NCBI RefSeq assembly: GCF_009914755.1
Contig: NC_060935.1
Strand: one strand, 5' to 3'
DNA from: the human T2T-CHM13v2.0 reference genome, Homo sapiens
Length of the DNA stretch: 64,000 nt
A program made the position numbers and the translations under genes. Shown one piece after another: positions 44,667 to 61,198 of the stretch (positions within the stretch are counted from its first letter, which is position 1; each line of letters begins with the position of its first letter). The notes beneath the pieces are model-generated. The model worked only from the letters and a program-made list of their open reading frames with translations. It ran no database searches and was not told the DNA's origin.

Positions 44667-45514
44667 TTCATATAGATCACAATAACCAATAAGACATCCT
44701 TGGAGACATTTTTGATTCAAGAAGTGAGGTAAGGAAACGTACAAAATGAATCTGGACATTTTGTTTTTCTTAATTTAAAGCAAAGAAGCTATCAAAGACT
44801 TCTGAGGTCATAAGAAAACGACAAGGAGCCAAACCACTGGTCAAAACAGTCTAAGTTTGGTATCAAAAAGAATAATGAATTGAAAAGCATCAGATATACA
44901 AAAATTTGTGTGTTCATTCTGATACTACAAAAGTAAAACAAATCCCCGGAACCCCTTTGGAGATTTCTAGGGAACATCAATACAAATTGATCATGGGCTA
45001 GATATCAGATGATATTAGAATACTATTAATATATTGAGTTTGATCAATGAATAAGAGTGATATTTTAATATTATCTCAATTAATACACATGGAAGTATTA
45101 ATCAAATCTCATGTCTGGTTTGCTTTACTGTATTTCACATACATCCATATATTGTTTTGCAAATAAAAATAATTTGGATAAGACTAATCAACGTAATGGA
45201 AAAAACAGATACAAATATATAGACATAAATGTCCTATATAAATAAGAGAAACTGTCAACCTCACAAAGGATGAAATAATCTTTTTTAAAATTCTTTTTTG
45301 TTCAGACTATATTTAGAAAGTTGAGATAAAATAATATACAATATGATGAGTATCAAAGAAATTAGTATCCTGTATTTTGCTAGTCTGGGTAAAAATCTTC
45401 CTAGAAAGCAAATGTTCAATATAAATAAAAAATATATAAATATGCATATGCTTTGATTTAGCAGTTTCACTTCAAGTTATTTATCTTAAAGAATTCATGA
45501 GATAAAAATTAATT

Positions 45515-45640
45515 TATTCTTTCATTCATCCATTTATTCTGTTAAAAATAATTATTGGGCATTATGTGTTAGGTACCAGACACTGAGTTACAGCAATGAA
45601 TAAGAGAATAAAGTCCCCACCCTCAAGGAGTTTATATTGT
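45515..45640 (-). mobile_element. L2 3' fragment
   Basis: ttcattcatccatttattc...cagcaatgaataag..ccctcaaggagtttatatt. Confidence 0.7.
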
Positions 45641-46189
45641 AATTATTTTTTCCATGGGAACAATTATACTAATTTTATGTAAAATTGCAAACATCTATCT
45701 ACATTATTATCTATCCACAAGCTGGAGTTAAATATTTTAGAACAAAACTTAAATATATATTGCTAATTTTTTAAAAATGTAGTGTATATGTTATGACTTT
45801 TTTGTTGATTAAACCTAGAAAAATACTGAAATTACATATATTAAAGGCTTTACGGTAATTATTGGTAAGTGTTAGAATTAGTGGAAAACATATTTTTCTT
45901 CTCATGATTTTCAATTTTCCTCCAATGAGCAAACAATAATTTTTATAATTAGAAATAAAATAACATTTATATTTTAAAAATCTTTTCCTAAATGAAGGTA
46001 CTTCATTTAATATTTCTTTAATAACACAATATAAAACTGCAATATTAACACAGTCCTTCCTCATAAATAAAACTTGAATTGTGAGAATTGCCAAGCTCTT
46101 TGAGAAAGTCAAATAGCTCACATTTACAAAGTTTACATTTATCAACAGAGTGTATTTTGGGACAGAACAAATTTTGCTATGTAATTGTA

Positions 46190-46320
46190 CTCATTTCTGT
46201 ATAACCTTTGGTGAGTTAATTCACCTACCTTTGCGTAATTTCTGAATCCACAAAACAGGGCTAATTATACTCCTTAAAAGCTTTGTTCTGAAGTCTAATG
46301 GAATGGGAACGCCTGGCACA
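46190..46320 (+). mobile_element. MIR fragment
   Basis: acctttggtgagttaattcacct..caaaacagggctaatta..gcctggcaca. Confidence 0.55.
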
Positions 46321-47026
46321 AATGCCTTTAATTATTTTTAGTTATTTTAAAGAGAATTACACCAGAAATATGTATTTTCATTACCTGAATCTAGTGTTAG
46401 CAATGTTAAACTTTTAGTTACTCTGCTGAATCTCTTCAAATTAATCAAACCTATATTTCAAAATGCGGAAAGGGTTCTCAGAAAGCCATTTACTTATTTC
46501 TATACTCAGGTCTATTAGTGAGTAATATTTTTGTTCTACAGTGCTTTCTGATTTATTTATAGTATCTAAATTAATATCGATTAATTTGACCAACTATTTA
46601 CATAGGGACTCTATTTGCATCTATGCCTCTTAAAGCCTGCTCTTAGATTTTTACTTAACAGGGGCAAAATTTTTCATCACTGAACAAAACATTTAAAGTA
46701 TATAACTTCATAAGTGCTCTCATGTAAGGAATGAACCAATCTTAAAAGAAGAAAACATAATTCTACAAAACTTTTCAAAATCTAGACTTTAAAACTCTTT
46801 TATGTCATCGTGGTGCTATCACTATTCTAATAGTTTCCTTGAGCTAAAAATCTGGACAGAATTCATATTTTCTTGGAAGAATCATTTTACTTGTAATTCA
46901 ACTGTCTACCTACAAATTTAGATTTGCCCTGTTGCTCTTCTTCCTTTAATTAACAAAATTGAGTAGCTTTTTATGTTGGAGATATGTTGCATACCAATGG
47001 GGAAAAAATAAAATAATTATATCTCC

Positions 47027-47363
<337 letters not shown>

Positions 47364-47368
47364 TTACT

Positions 47369-47674
47369 GTCCAGGTGCGGTGGCTCACTCCTGTAATCCC
47401 AGCACTTTGGGAGGCCAAGGCAGGTGGCTCAGCTGAGGTCAGGAGTTTGAGACCAGCCTGACCAACATGATGAAACCCTATCTCTACTAAAAATACAAAA
47501 TTAGCTGGGTATGGTGGTGCTTGTCTGTAATCCCAGCTACTCGGAAGGCTGAGGCAGGAGAATCGCTTGACCCAGGAGGCAGAGTTTGTAGTGAGCTGAG
47601 ATTGTGCCATTGCACTCCAGCCTGAGCAACAAGAGTGAAACTCTGTCTCAGAAAAGAGAAAAAAAAAAAAAAAA
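47369..47674 (+). mobile_element. Alu (AluSq/Sp-like)
   Basis: gcaacaagagtgaaactc; TSD aacttac. Confidence 0.96.
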
Positions 47675-49301
47675 CTTACCCGAGTGATTCTTGTGTTGAC
47701 TATGATTAAACTATTATGAAGGAAATGTAATAGAAATAAAATAAGGATGTTAAATAAAATCGAGTAAAATAATACAGATTAATTAAAAATATACACACAG
47801 GTAGTCTTAATAGATATGACATATATATCTCATATAAGTATATTAATGATATAGATGATATAAAATTATAACAATATAATATATATCATTTCATAATGAA
47901 AAGCTATTAGTAAACAGCAGAAGCAGCAACAATAATGGCAACCAGAAAACCTTTATGAAAACCGAATTAGTTAAAAGCTGCTTTTAAGAACATTTTAGTA
48001 AAGGAAAAGAAGAAGCTGAAGACCTAAACTCTGTACAAGGTCTTGGAAAGACAACAAAAACAAAGCAAAATCAGACCAGGAGTTTGACCTTTTCTATTCA
48101 TGTAAACCAATTGTAACTAGGGGACAATTTCTGGGATTAAATAAAGTCATGTTTGACTGTTGGTGAACACGACTGTGGAAATCCTTGGTGTTGCTGATTT
48201 TGGGTTTACCCTCTCTGACTAAATATAAAATTGTTATGGGGATGAAAAGTCTAATGGGGATCAGGCAATGAAACTCACCAGAAATACTTGTTTCACATAG
48301 ACAAAGTAGTATATTTTTCTAATAAAATTTATTTTAATGCCCTGCTTATGTAAAAATAAAATTTGTTTTACTATCTTATATTTTAGAGCACATATACAGA
48401 AAATGAAAGAAATCAAAATATTTGACAAAATATGTAGAAAGGAATACTGTTATAAATATCAAAAGATTTTATAACTTTAAGCTCCCGCTGCCAGAGACAT
48501 GGTAAGAATGATTAATTCCTTCGCGCCTATCATTTCTCAGTGACCTCACTGTGAACACTCACACTTTATTAATAACTCCTGATATTTTTGCACTGTGTCT
48601 CATCCACAGGCCTCAGAAATTACAAACACTAGTTTTACCTAAGAGGAATCTAAGTAGCAAGTCACCACATTTTCCTAACAGAGAGTTTGAAACCCAGAAA
48701 GTCAGACTTGCTGAATATGAAGGAGCCCTGTGGAGTGGGTCAGAGTTACCTTTGACCTAAGAAAAGTGAGGTCAGTCTACGGCTATAGGCAGTAAATCCA
48801 TCCAATAATGGGTTAAGGAGTACTGATAAAAGAACAACTACTACCAGCTGACTGGACCAGCTCATATTGTTTAAAATAATCTTCAAAAATCATAGGAATA
48901 TATGGAGAAAACAAATTTCAAGGCACAGAAAGCTAAAAAACAACAAAAGCTACATTTGTAAATAATTTTATAATCGACAGATATTTATTTTCTTTATAAC
49001 TCCATGTTCTTTTCAACAAATGGCCCATGAAGAGATAAGGTTGTGATTTTGTTGTTTCCATCCCTTTCCTTTCCAATGGAATTTAAGCTCAATGGAGGCA
49101 CTCTTGTAAACTCTTCTCTCAGAAACTTGCACATAGAATGTAAAAAATATATCTTGAATAGTGTTGAATGAATGGACATAGAGAATAACAGGTTAAACTA
49201 GAACAAGAATGTAGGCTTCCTGATACTCAGTCCAGAGTTCTTTTCTTACATCATGTAATAGGCTCATAATGGCAATAAATAAACAAATGAGTGAATAAAT
49301 G

Positions 49302-49382
49302 TAGAAAGAAAAGAGAGGAAGGGAGGGAGGGAAGGAAGGAAAGGAAGGAAGGAAGGAAGGAAGGAAGGAAGGAAGGAAGGAA
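49302..49382 (+). repeat. GA-rich tract with (GGAA)10 microsatellite
   Basis: 10 uninterrupted GGAA at 49343-49382, preceded by (GGAA)3. Confidence 0.95.
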
Positions 49383-49692
49383 ATTAGCTTTCCATAAAAT
49401 ATCAGACTCGTGAAACGTCAACACAGAAATAACTGGGTAAAAGTGGCAAAAGATGATTGTTCATTAAAGTTACAGAGAAAACTGACCAGAGTCAACAGAG
49501 AGGTTAGGATAAAACAGGATTCTCACTTATAAAATTTAACTTAGTCAAACTCAAAGGGGGTGTATTTCTAATCCAAAACATAAAAACATTTAAAATGTTC
49601 ATCTTAAAGTAGAAATAAAGGTATAAAAAATTATTTAGGAAATATATATTACTTTTCATAAGCAGAGAAAACTTCAACATTCACATAAATGA

Positions 49693-50111
<419 letters not shown>

Positions 50112-50584
50112 CAAATATAGCACTCTTTTTTCATAATCCTTTTTTTTTCACTCATTTATTCTAATTACAGAACTGCATCCTAACAGGTCTTACTCTTCAC
50201 TTATTTTTTCCTTGTCTGACATGTCCAGTTAGTGCTCATGGAATATCAATTGCTCCCCTATATTTCCTGTTCACTGTTGTAGTTCATTTTAATATGTGAC
50301 GGGGGTCTAGCAAATAGAACTGAGGGCATATATTATACATCGCTTCACATCTGATGCATTACTGAGTCCTTATTCTCCATTACGGCAAACTTACAGCCTT
50401 GTGATGAGAAGCCGGTAAGCTCATACCTTTGACAATTCATCAAATCAAGACATTTCCCCACTTGCCTCAGTGCTTGAATGACAAATAAACGTTGTTGGTA
50501 TGAAGCCACTGAAATTACATCATGTATTTGCTACTACAACAAATCTAGGGTACAGCAAATTATCCTAATGTAACATTCTCCATT

Positions 50585-51590
50585 GGTTCTCCACAACAGC
50601 AGCCAGACAGAACACTAAAAAATATGCGTAGCATATTATTATGCCCTTTCTTTAAAATATTCATTTTTTAAATTAAACTTTGTATAGAATTCAAATCCTT
50701 TACTATATCCTATAAGGCTCACACTATCTGGCCTGTCAGATTCTCAGAACTCACCTCTCTCTGCTCACTCATTCTCTGACTTTCATTCTCTTGCTCAGTT
50801 CTGTCCATGCTTTGTACTTCCTGTGCTTTTTGCTTGCAGTGCTCATTTATAAGATCTTTACAAATTAAGAATAAGTTAAAACACAATCGTCTCAAGAATT
50901 TAACCCTTGGCTGGTCACAGTGGCTCACACCTGTAATCCCAGCACTCCGGGAGGCCGAGGCAGGTGAATCACAAGGTCAGGAGATTGAGACCATCCTGGC
51001 CAACATGGTGAAACCCTATCTGTACTAAAAATACAAAAATTAGCTGGGTGTGGTGGTGCGTGCCTGTAATTCCAGCTACTCAGGAGGCTGAGGCAGGAGA
51101 ATCGCTTGAACCAGGGAGTCAGAGGTTGCCGTGAGCCGAGATCGTGCCACTGCACTCTAGCCTGGTGACAGAGTGAGACTCCATCTCAAAAAAAATTTTT
51201 AAAAATGAGAGTTTAACCCTTACCTACTCAAATGAGCTTCTCAATTTCTATGTTCTCTAGGGCTTCAGTTTGCGTCTTGGTGGCTATTTTTCATACACTT
51301 CATCTAGCCCTAAAATGATTTATTTGTTTACATGTTTATCATGTGCGTGCAATTTGAATTCCTTACTTTCAGGGATACCATTAGTTTTGAATCCCTGTAT
51401 TCTGGAAACATGACATGGTACCTGTTTCATGTAATACCTATGCATGAAACAATGCATAAGATATTACATCATTGTTTCCAGAATACAGGGATTTAAAAAT
51501 ACATTATTTTTTTAAATAATGTATTCCAGAAACATGAACCAATACCTGTTGCATAGTAGTAACTAAACTTGTATTTACTTAATGATAAAT
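50585..51590 (+). mobile_element. L2 3' region, split by an Alu
   Basis: ctccacaacagcagccagac..aattcaaatcctttactat..tataaggctc..tctggcct; degenerate terminus gcatagtagtaact. Confidence 0.55.
50909..51205 (+). mobile_element. Alu (AluSc-like)
   Basis: cctggtgacagag; TSD tttaaccctt. Confidence 0.96.
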
Positions 51591-51609
51591 AAATCATTAT
51601 GATAATTTT

Positions 51610-51800
51610 GCAGAGAGATTAGTATATGAAGAAAATAAAATCCAGAAGAGGTGACATCTGAGATGACAACTGGATAGTAAGACGTTACCGACTTGCAATG
51701 TTTTGGAGACAGAACTTTCCACAGAAAACAGATAGCAACTGTAAAATCCTAAAGGCTGGAATGAGCACAGTGTAGCCCTGGAAGAAAAATGAGGTCAGTT
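51610..51800 (-). mobile_element. L2 fragment
   Basis: gaggtgacatctgagatga..tgtaaaatcctaaaggctggaatgagc. Confidence 0.55.
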
Positions 51801-52221
51801 AGATCAAGGAATAAGAAAGAGCCTTGGATTCTTTACCCAATGTTGTGCCTTTGCCTGGGAGAGGAGAGCTGGTCCTGCCCAGAGAACAGATAGCAGTTAC
51901 ATAATTTATACCCACACATCGAGCCTGGGATTAGAGTACAAGTGTTCCCTGCCTGTGGCCTCCTTGCTAACAATACCCAACCTGGACCCAGGCCCAGAAC
52001 TCAAAAACTTTTATACAATGCCTCAACAAGAGAGATTCTCAGATATACTATTGTTTTTAAAAATGAGCTTCATAAAAAATATATATTCTTCAATATTTAA
52101 ATCCCTGGATTTTTTTTAAACTAGTTTCAGGACAGATCTGCTGATGAGATTAGCCTAAGGAAGAAAACATAAATTTCACATACTTCATGCCCTACATTTT
52201 CAATCACTGTGATAGGCAATA

Positions 52222-52933
<712 letters not shown>

Positions 52934-53752
52934 TATCAAAATGTACACATAGTTGTCACTGGATGTCAGAAGACCTAAGGATTCCACAGAAATCACATAT
53001 ATTTTTAATGTAAAAATAGAAAGTTAAGAAAATAAAAAACTTTAGTCTGAGATTGTATTCTTCTTGTCTCACATGGATAAGACAGCAAATGGGTAATAAT
53101 ACCTCATACCTACAATGGAAAGACTTGCAAGGCACAAAAAGCAAGTCTGTACAAATTTTTTTTCACTAATGTGCTAAGGGCCCAATTGCACCACAGAGGT
53201 GGTTATTTTCAGGATGCAAAATCTGCACTTTTTTTAGGCCACTAGGAAAACTATTTAGAGCAACTCTCAATTATGCAGTGCCTAATTGCCTCATTTGCTT
53301 TTTCTCTTTCTCTTCACTCTTGTTGTGGGCAAGCTAATGGAGGCCAAAATCAGTTTTAGACCTAAGATCCCAAGAGTCTACTCTTTGATATGTCTTCAAT
53401 GATTTAGATCTAGTTTTTCTCTTGGCAGTTTGTGGATTTTTATTTGGGGCAAGATTAAACGTTGGCATAATGATTTGCACAAACTAATCTCAAAAGACTG
53501 TTTTCCACTAGAATAGCAATTGATTCATTTTCACTTGGAAATTAGCCAGTTGGACTAAAACGCTATGTCAACTGGTGCACCAGCACTGCCTTTCTTGAGA
53601 AGAGAAAGCAATGAGAGATACAAATGAAAGTTGAAAGATAGACAAAATATTTGGTAAAGAGGACTGGAAGATGAGAAAAAGGAATATTAGTCATCAATCT
53701 CAGTCTAAATGCATGTACATCTTCTAGAGACATAAACTTATTAAGTTGATGA

Positions 53753-54179
<427 letters not shown>

Positions 54180-54650
54180 CCAACTTTACTTTGTCTAAAC
54201 CCCACAAGAATCATCTCCATTGCCTTCTTACTCATTAGCTTCAGAACTCTTATTTTTAATTTGGCCAAATTAGCAAAATTGGTATAGTTTTTGTATTTGT
54301 ATATTTCTCATTGGATTAATAAGAGGACTACTTCTTATTGATTAAGGAAACATTATAATTTAATAGAAAGCTACCATCAAGTATATACAAGATAGGTTAT
54401 TCAAGGAACTATGTCTGACAGATTAGCACCAGTCCAACAACGTGGACTCATTTTTAATATCAATAATAAAAGGACACTACTTGAGGAATATCAACATAGA
54501 ACAGAGCCTCTATTTAACATGTATTTATTAATGTTAAATAGTAAATAGACAAACAGTAAAATGTACAAATAGTAAATGTGTAATAAATACACCATAAATT
54601 AATGCTGAATAAATTAATTTATTGTCTACTTACTATTTGCTATGTTCTGG

Positions 54651-54770
54651 TATGGTGACCATATTATTTGTCATTAAAAGATTACAGTATTGAGAAATAA
54701 GCTAGGAGAACAGGCATATGCAGTACTGTCCATGACAAATCTGGAGGAAAAACCATTCTAGGCTCTAAGG
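54651..54770. mobile_element. MER81-like hAT-Blackjack MITE
   Basis: tatggtgaccatattattt..aacaggcata..actgtcc..caaatctgga. Confidence 0.5.
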
Positions 54771-55034
54771 ACACCAGTACTAAATCAAACTGAAGGAAAG
54801 CTAGAGCTTGCAAGGTTGAATCTGATGTAACCCTTTCCATCAAGGATGCAGAAAAATGGTACTAGGGCCACATTTGGAAATGCTTCGCATGTCTGCCTTT
54901 AGGTTTGTCCACTCAACATTTATTAAATGCTCTGAATGTTCTCTGTGGCTCTTTTGTCTTAAGCACTAAGGCCTCAATAAGAACTGTATAAATGGTCCCA
55001 TTTACTATTCCATTCTGAAGAGAATAGATAGAAA

Positions 55035-55074
55035 TTCAACAATGAGGGCCTTCCTTCAACAATGAGGGCCTTCC
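55035..55074. repeat. Perfect 20-bp tandem duplication
   Basis: ttcaacaatgagggccttcc x2. Confidence 0.97.
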
Positions 55075-57484
55075 TATTCACAAATCATCAGTAGTGTGGT
55101 GAACAAAAAAATTGTTCTTGGGCTTTATTTTGAAATGTGTTTTCAGAAGAAAAAAGTTAAGAAATGAACATAGTTGGTTTCAGAATTTTAGGTATATGAA
55201 GACACATTTTGTGTTTAATTAGAAAGTTTGAGCCCCAGATTAACTTGTAATGCTTCCTGGAACGATCTTCTTGACCTGCATGTCTAGAGAATGAGAACTT
55301 AAATATGTCTGTAATTAATTCTCCCACTTATTACCTACTTGATAATTTTTCTGTATAGAAGACAAGCTTTCATTGCCTAATTTGTGGTTCATAGTTTGCC
55401 AATGAAGAAAGTTTATAGTTAAGCCCTTTTGATTTTATTGGAATTTAATAAATTATCAGTAACAGTATCCAATGCAGCCTTGTATAGAATAAGTACTCAA
55501 TAGAAATGTACTGATTCTATCCTTTCTTTCAAACATAAGTAAATTATTCTATATCTAGAGTACCCGTAATTTTTTATTTACCCAGAACTGTCATGTTTTT
55601 ATGTGTGTTACCCCAGTGTCTGATCCACACAGCAACTCATTTCACTCTGAAAAGTGTTCCATTTTGGATCATAAATTATTAGGTCATCCAATCTAAGACT
55701 ACCATATTTACATAGTTAATGCCTTTTTCCTCTAATATACTTCAAACTTTTAGTTCAATATAGCCTAAAAGTGAGAATATCTTCATTTCTTTTCTCCTAT
55801 TAATATCAAATTGATTTTACTGGATACATTATTTATTCACTCTTTCAAATGTTCCACATATCTCCAGTGCTAAGCATTATGTTAGATTCTGGAGATAGAA
55901 TGCTGAGCAAGGTACATATAATTCTGTCCTCATAAAACATGCAGATGTCTGGTGACAAAGCTAAAAAAGGTGAAATCTAAGGAAAGTCTAAGAAAGCTGT
56001 ACTGCTAACTACAGGGAAGCGATTTGCCAGCCTCAGTCAAGTTCTCAGTCAAGCAAGGGAAAGGAATTCTGTCTGTCTTGGGCCTCAGCAGAGAAGCTAA
56101 ACATCTCGGGTTCTAATGGGATCAAAGGAACTCCTGCATCAGCCACAGAAGAATCTCGTAATACTCATGGACAGCTTGTGGAATCCTGGTTTTCAGAACC
56201 ATAATGTGGCTTCTATGGCGGGAGAAAGAGAGCATTTCATTTTGCAATCCAAATAAGACAGGAATTCAAAATCAGTCTAGAGATTTCATTCCAAAGAGTA
56301 CTTTTAATTCTTTCCTGAACAATCTACTACCGAGTGGGGCCTAAATGACACACTGTGCTACCAACTACCTGGTTTTGTGAGACCCTCTTAGCTCTCATAT
56401 GATGTATGAACCAATTATGGCTTTTAGTGAGTTATAGTATGATGATACAGGAAATAGCATAGGCTACTAAGATGTAGTAGACCGTATTATAGGAAGCCTA
56501 AATGCCTGGAAAAGGCACCTTTGTGTATCCAGAATTAAAAATGTGACACATGCCTTCCTGTTAGTTTAAAAAAGGAAAATATGTTAATTATGGCTCTCTA
56601 GCTCTGACTCATTTAGATTTGTATATATGTTCAGATATCTATTCTCCTTTAAATACAAATAAATCTTTTTCTTATTTTGTTTAAATTTTTCTGGATCCAC
56701 AGTTGATTCATTCAATTAGTATAAAACATGGATTGGGGTTTATGTTGGGTTGCAGAAATAAGTACTTCCTCTGACTTTGCTTATTATAGGCATTGGAAAT
56801 GAATAGTAGTAATAATACTACTATGAAAATAATAACATTTAGTCGCTGGAAAAATGCAAGTAAAGGTCAGAATACAATTTGTTAAAATAATGCCTAATAC
56901 ATAGTCAATGACTAATAAGTATTATAAATGGATGCTGAGATTTCTTATGCTTATATCGATTAGAAAGGCATACTACATAACTGCTAAGGTTTTCAAGATC
57001 TACAGGCCTTTGATAAATTAATGGTATACTTAACATTCCCATGTTAAGATACATATGCCAATACACATGCATACACATCATAGATACATATATTAATATG
57101 TCTAAAGAAATTATTATTTAGAGTTCAACAGTCCAAACAGTGTATTTTAGCCACACATCTAAAATATTTTCTCCTACGGTGCCCAAGTTCCCCAACCTGT
57201 ATTGAAGTAGATCTTCCAGTCTACAAAGGATAAAAGGAATCTGCTGACATTAAATGATTTCAAACATAAATTACAATCTATACATTTGATGCTGGTGTCA
57301 ATACCCCCTAGCTTAAAAGATGATTAATTATATTTTTCATTTCTAAAACTTTGGCATAATCTAGACATTTCAGAGACTTGCATTCATAGCGCTACCACTA
57401 TCTGTATTATTTTCACAGTTTAGATTTTTCAGCTATACTACGTCACTTGGTAGTCACAAGTCCAGTGATCTGGATGGTGCTTTT

Positions 57485-57545
57485 TAAAATTATCTCCATT
57501 TTACAGATGAGAAAACTGAGGCTTAGAGATTTTTGGTGACAGTAT
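57485..57545 (-). mobile_element. MIR core
   Basis: tatctccattttacagatgagaaaactgaggcttagag. Confidence 0.8.
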
Positions 57546-58572
57546 ACAAAGTTATAATTATACAAGAATGAAGATGCTCTTAACCTTTGGTCTTATTCCA
57601 CTTGCAGAACTGAGAACATTAAACCCACTTTTTCAGAATTAAATACATGTATCCTCTCCTTTTTTAGAATTATTTTTCAGAGTAGTAAAGATGGAACCAT
57701 AGATTGAAAATGACAATCATAATAATAATGATTAATCATGACTGACATTTTGAATGCTGTTGTCTTAAAATATAACTGCATCAACAAGATTTCCCGCAGT
57801 TTAATTTCTTCTGCTGAAGGGAAATACCCTCATTTGTATTTCCTGCAGGCAAAAGCTTGTGGAGCACTACCTGCAGATCTCAGCCTCCAGGCACTGTAGT
57901 GTCCTATCTGGGGCTTTCATGCAAATGTCTCATTGTGCTCAAGCAAAATTACAAATTGATTACAAGTCACATAAACAGGGATCATCTTAATCATCACAGA
58001 AGTTCAGCTGCCTCTGGGCTGAAACAAGGCAGCTGTTTAATCACAAAATACTATATTCTTCAATAGTGCAGGACAGTGTGAAAAATGATCTGATTCTCAA
58101 ATGCCGCATTCAGTTATAGTTGCACTAATGTCAAAACAGTGTAAATATATTAGAGATAATCCAAAAGAAGATTAAAAAGTAGTGAAGTAATGAATTAGTA
58201 AACTGACATACAGAGAGAGGATAAAATTAAAATATAATGGACTTAGAGGCAGACTTGAAGTATAATAGAATTCAGGCAGATGACTATAGGACTCCATCAG
58301 CCATATAAACCTGGAAAAGTCACCTAAACATTACAAACCTCAAATTTCTCACCCAGGAAGATACTGAGACTACATTATCTCTAATGTCTTTTCCATGAAT
58401 AGAGTTCCCTTATTCTATATATGTATATATTTTTAAATTTACTTCTTTTAAAAAATGCTAAAATGGGACAAGATCAATAGATACAAACGTTGCCTCCACC
58501 AAACCTGAAAAATGTATACACTTTATCATATGAATTATTAATTCATATATTTGGCATCCTCTCCTATCTTAA

Positions 58573-58884
<312 letters not shown>

Positions 58885-59269
58885 TCTAGCTTTTTAAAAA
58901 ATCTATCACTGTGCCCTACTAAGCAGGTCAGCCATTGAGAAATAAAAAGTGTGGTTAATGTTGAATGGTTAACTGATATTTTACAGCAGCTACTCTGAGT
59001 TGGCTTTCTAAAAAATAAATAAAAAATTATATAAATAGAAATTATGCCACTATCAAAAATACAAACTGTCTTTTAAATGCCAATATATGAATAAAACCCT
59101 AATTGGGACTGTTAAGAAAATATGACAATATTTATGCTTAGTAATTTTTAAAATTATTAATGATACCTCCAGCTTCTTCCGTTTTCCTTCCTGATCATTA
59201 TAAAAGAATTCCACTTGTAAAAAAAGAGAAAAAAAACAAGGTCAATGACTTGGCTTTTTTCTTTATTAT

Positions 59270-60132
<863 letters not shown>

Positions 60133-60517
60133 TTAGAAAGTAACACAGAAAGATGCCTACGTTGAGCCTAAAGATTATGAAAGAGTAGAAGGGAAGGGTA
60201 GAAAGAATTTAGTTTGGATTCTTATAAGCCAGTGCCCTCCACTGCTGCAGAATTTCACAGCTCTGATCTATATCAGCTCATGAGAGGATAGCAGAAAGAC
60301 CTCATACAGAACCTCAGTGTAATACAAATATCCCTTTTCTTGGAGTGGTCACTTCAATTGGATAGAGCCATTACATTGAGCATTGCTCGCAAGATGGTGG
60401 GTTAATATCCCCCACTTACTATCATTTTAATTAATATGTGAAACAAGTGGGATATGCTGGTGTTGTAAGAAAAAAAAATGAACAGTTGATTTTTTTTTTC
60501 CTACTGTCCATCCATAC

Positions 60518-60884
60518 TGATGTGGCTTGGCTCTGTGGCCCCACCCAAATCTCATCTTGAAGCTCCCATAATTCCCATGTGTTGTGGGAAGGACCCCGTG
60601 GGAGATGACTGAATCATGGGTGTGTGTGGGGGATCCTTTCCATGCTCTTCTTGTGATAATAAATGGGTCTTATGAGATATGGTTTTAAAATCGGGAGTTT
60701 CTCTGCACAACCACTCTTTGCCTGCTGCCATCCACGTAAGATGTGACTTGCTCCTCCTGGCCTTCCACCATGATTGTGAGGTCTCCTCAACCATGTGGAA
60801 CTGTAAGTCCAATAAACCTCTTTCTTTTGTAAATTCCCATTCTCAGGTATGCCTTTATCAGTAGCATGAAAATGGACTAATACA
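60518..60884 (+). mobile_element. THE1B-like solo LTR
   Basis: tgatgtggcttggctctgt..ctgccatccacgtaagatgtgacttgctcc..aatggactaataca; TSD cata(c/t). Confidence 0.93.
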
Positions 60885-61198
60885 CATATCTATTCTATAC
60901 AATAAATGTATGCCCTACTTCTTCTTCCATGCAATTTATAAAATGTTTGTGTCAGACAATCATCAGAATTCATTTCCCCTTCTATCTTTTGGTTTTCAAC
61001 CCCATGCTTGTCAAGTATTATTGGCGAATAGCACTTCATATGGATGTGGGGGAAATTTTCACCTATTATTTTGGGTCCTAATCAAACTAGATATACAGAG
61101 TTCCATTTGAACATCAATTTGACTATTCACCTTTGCTGCCCTCTGCTTTTCTTCCTTCCTCCCATTCCCTTCAGCCATTTAAGTTATATTTAACCCAC

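Noticed and set aside
45771-46145. 124-aa ORF on the minus strand
   Set aside because: Very AT-rich, I/L/F/N/K-biased composition, non-ATG start and no homology cues
48387-48405. agcacatatac resembling the U6 snRNA 5' region
   Set aside because: Only about 11 nt match; the rest of U6 is absent
55992-56204. Stop-free frame of about 70 codons in unique-looking sequence
   Set aside because: No ATG, weak splice acceptor and no recognisable domain
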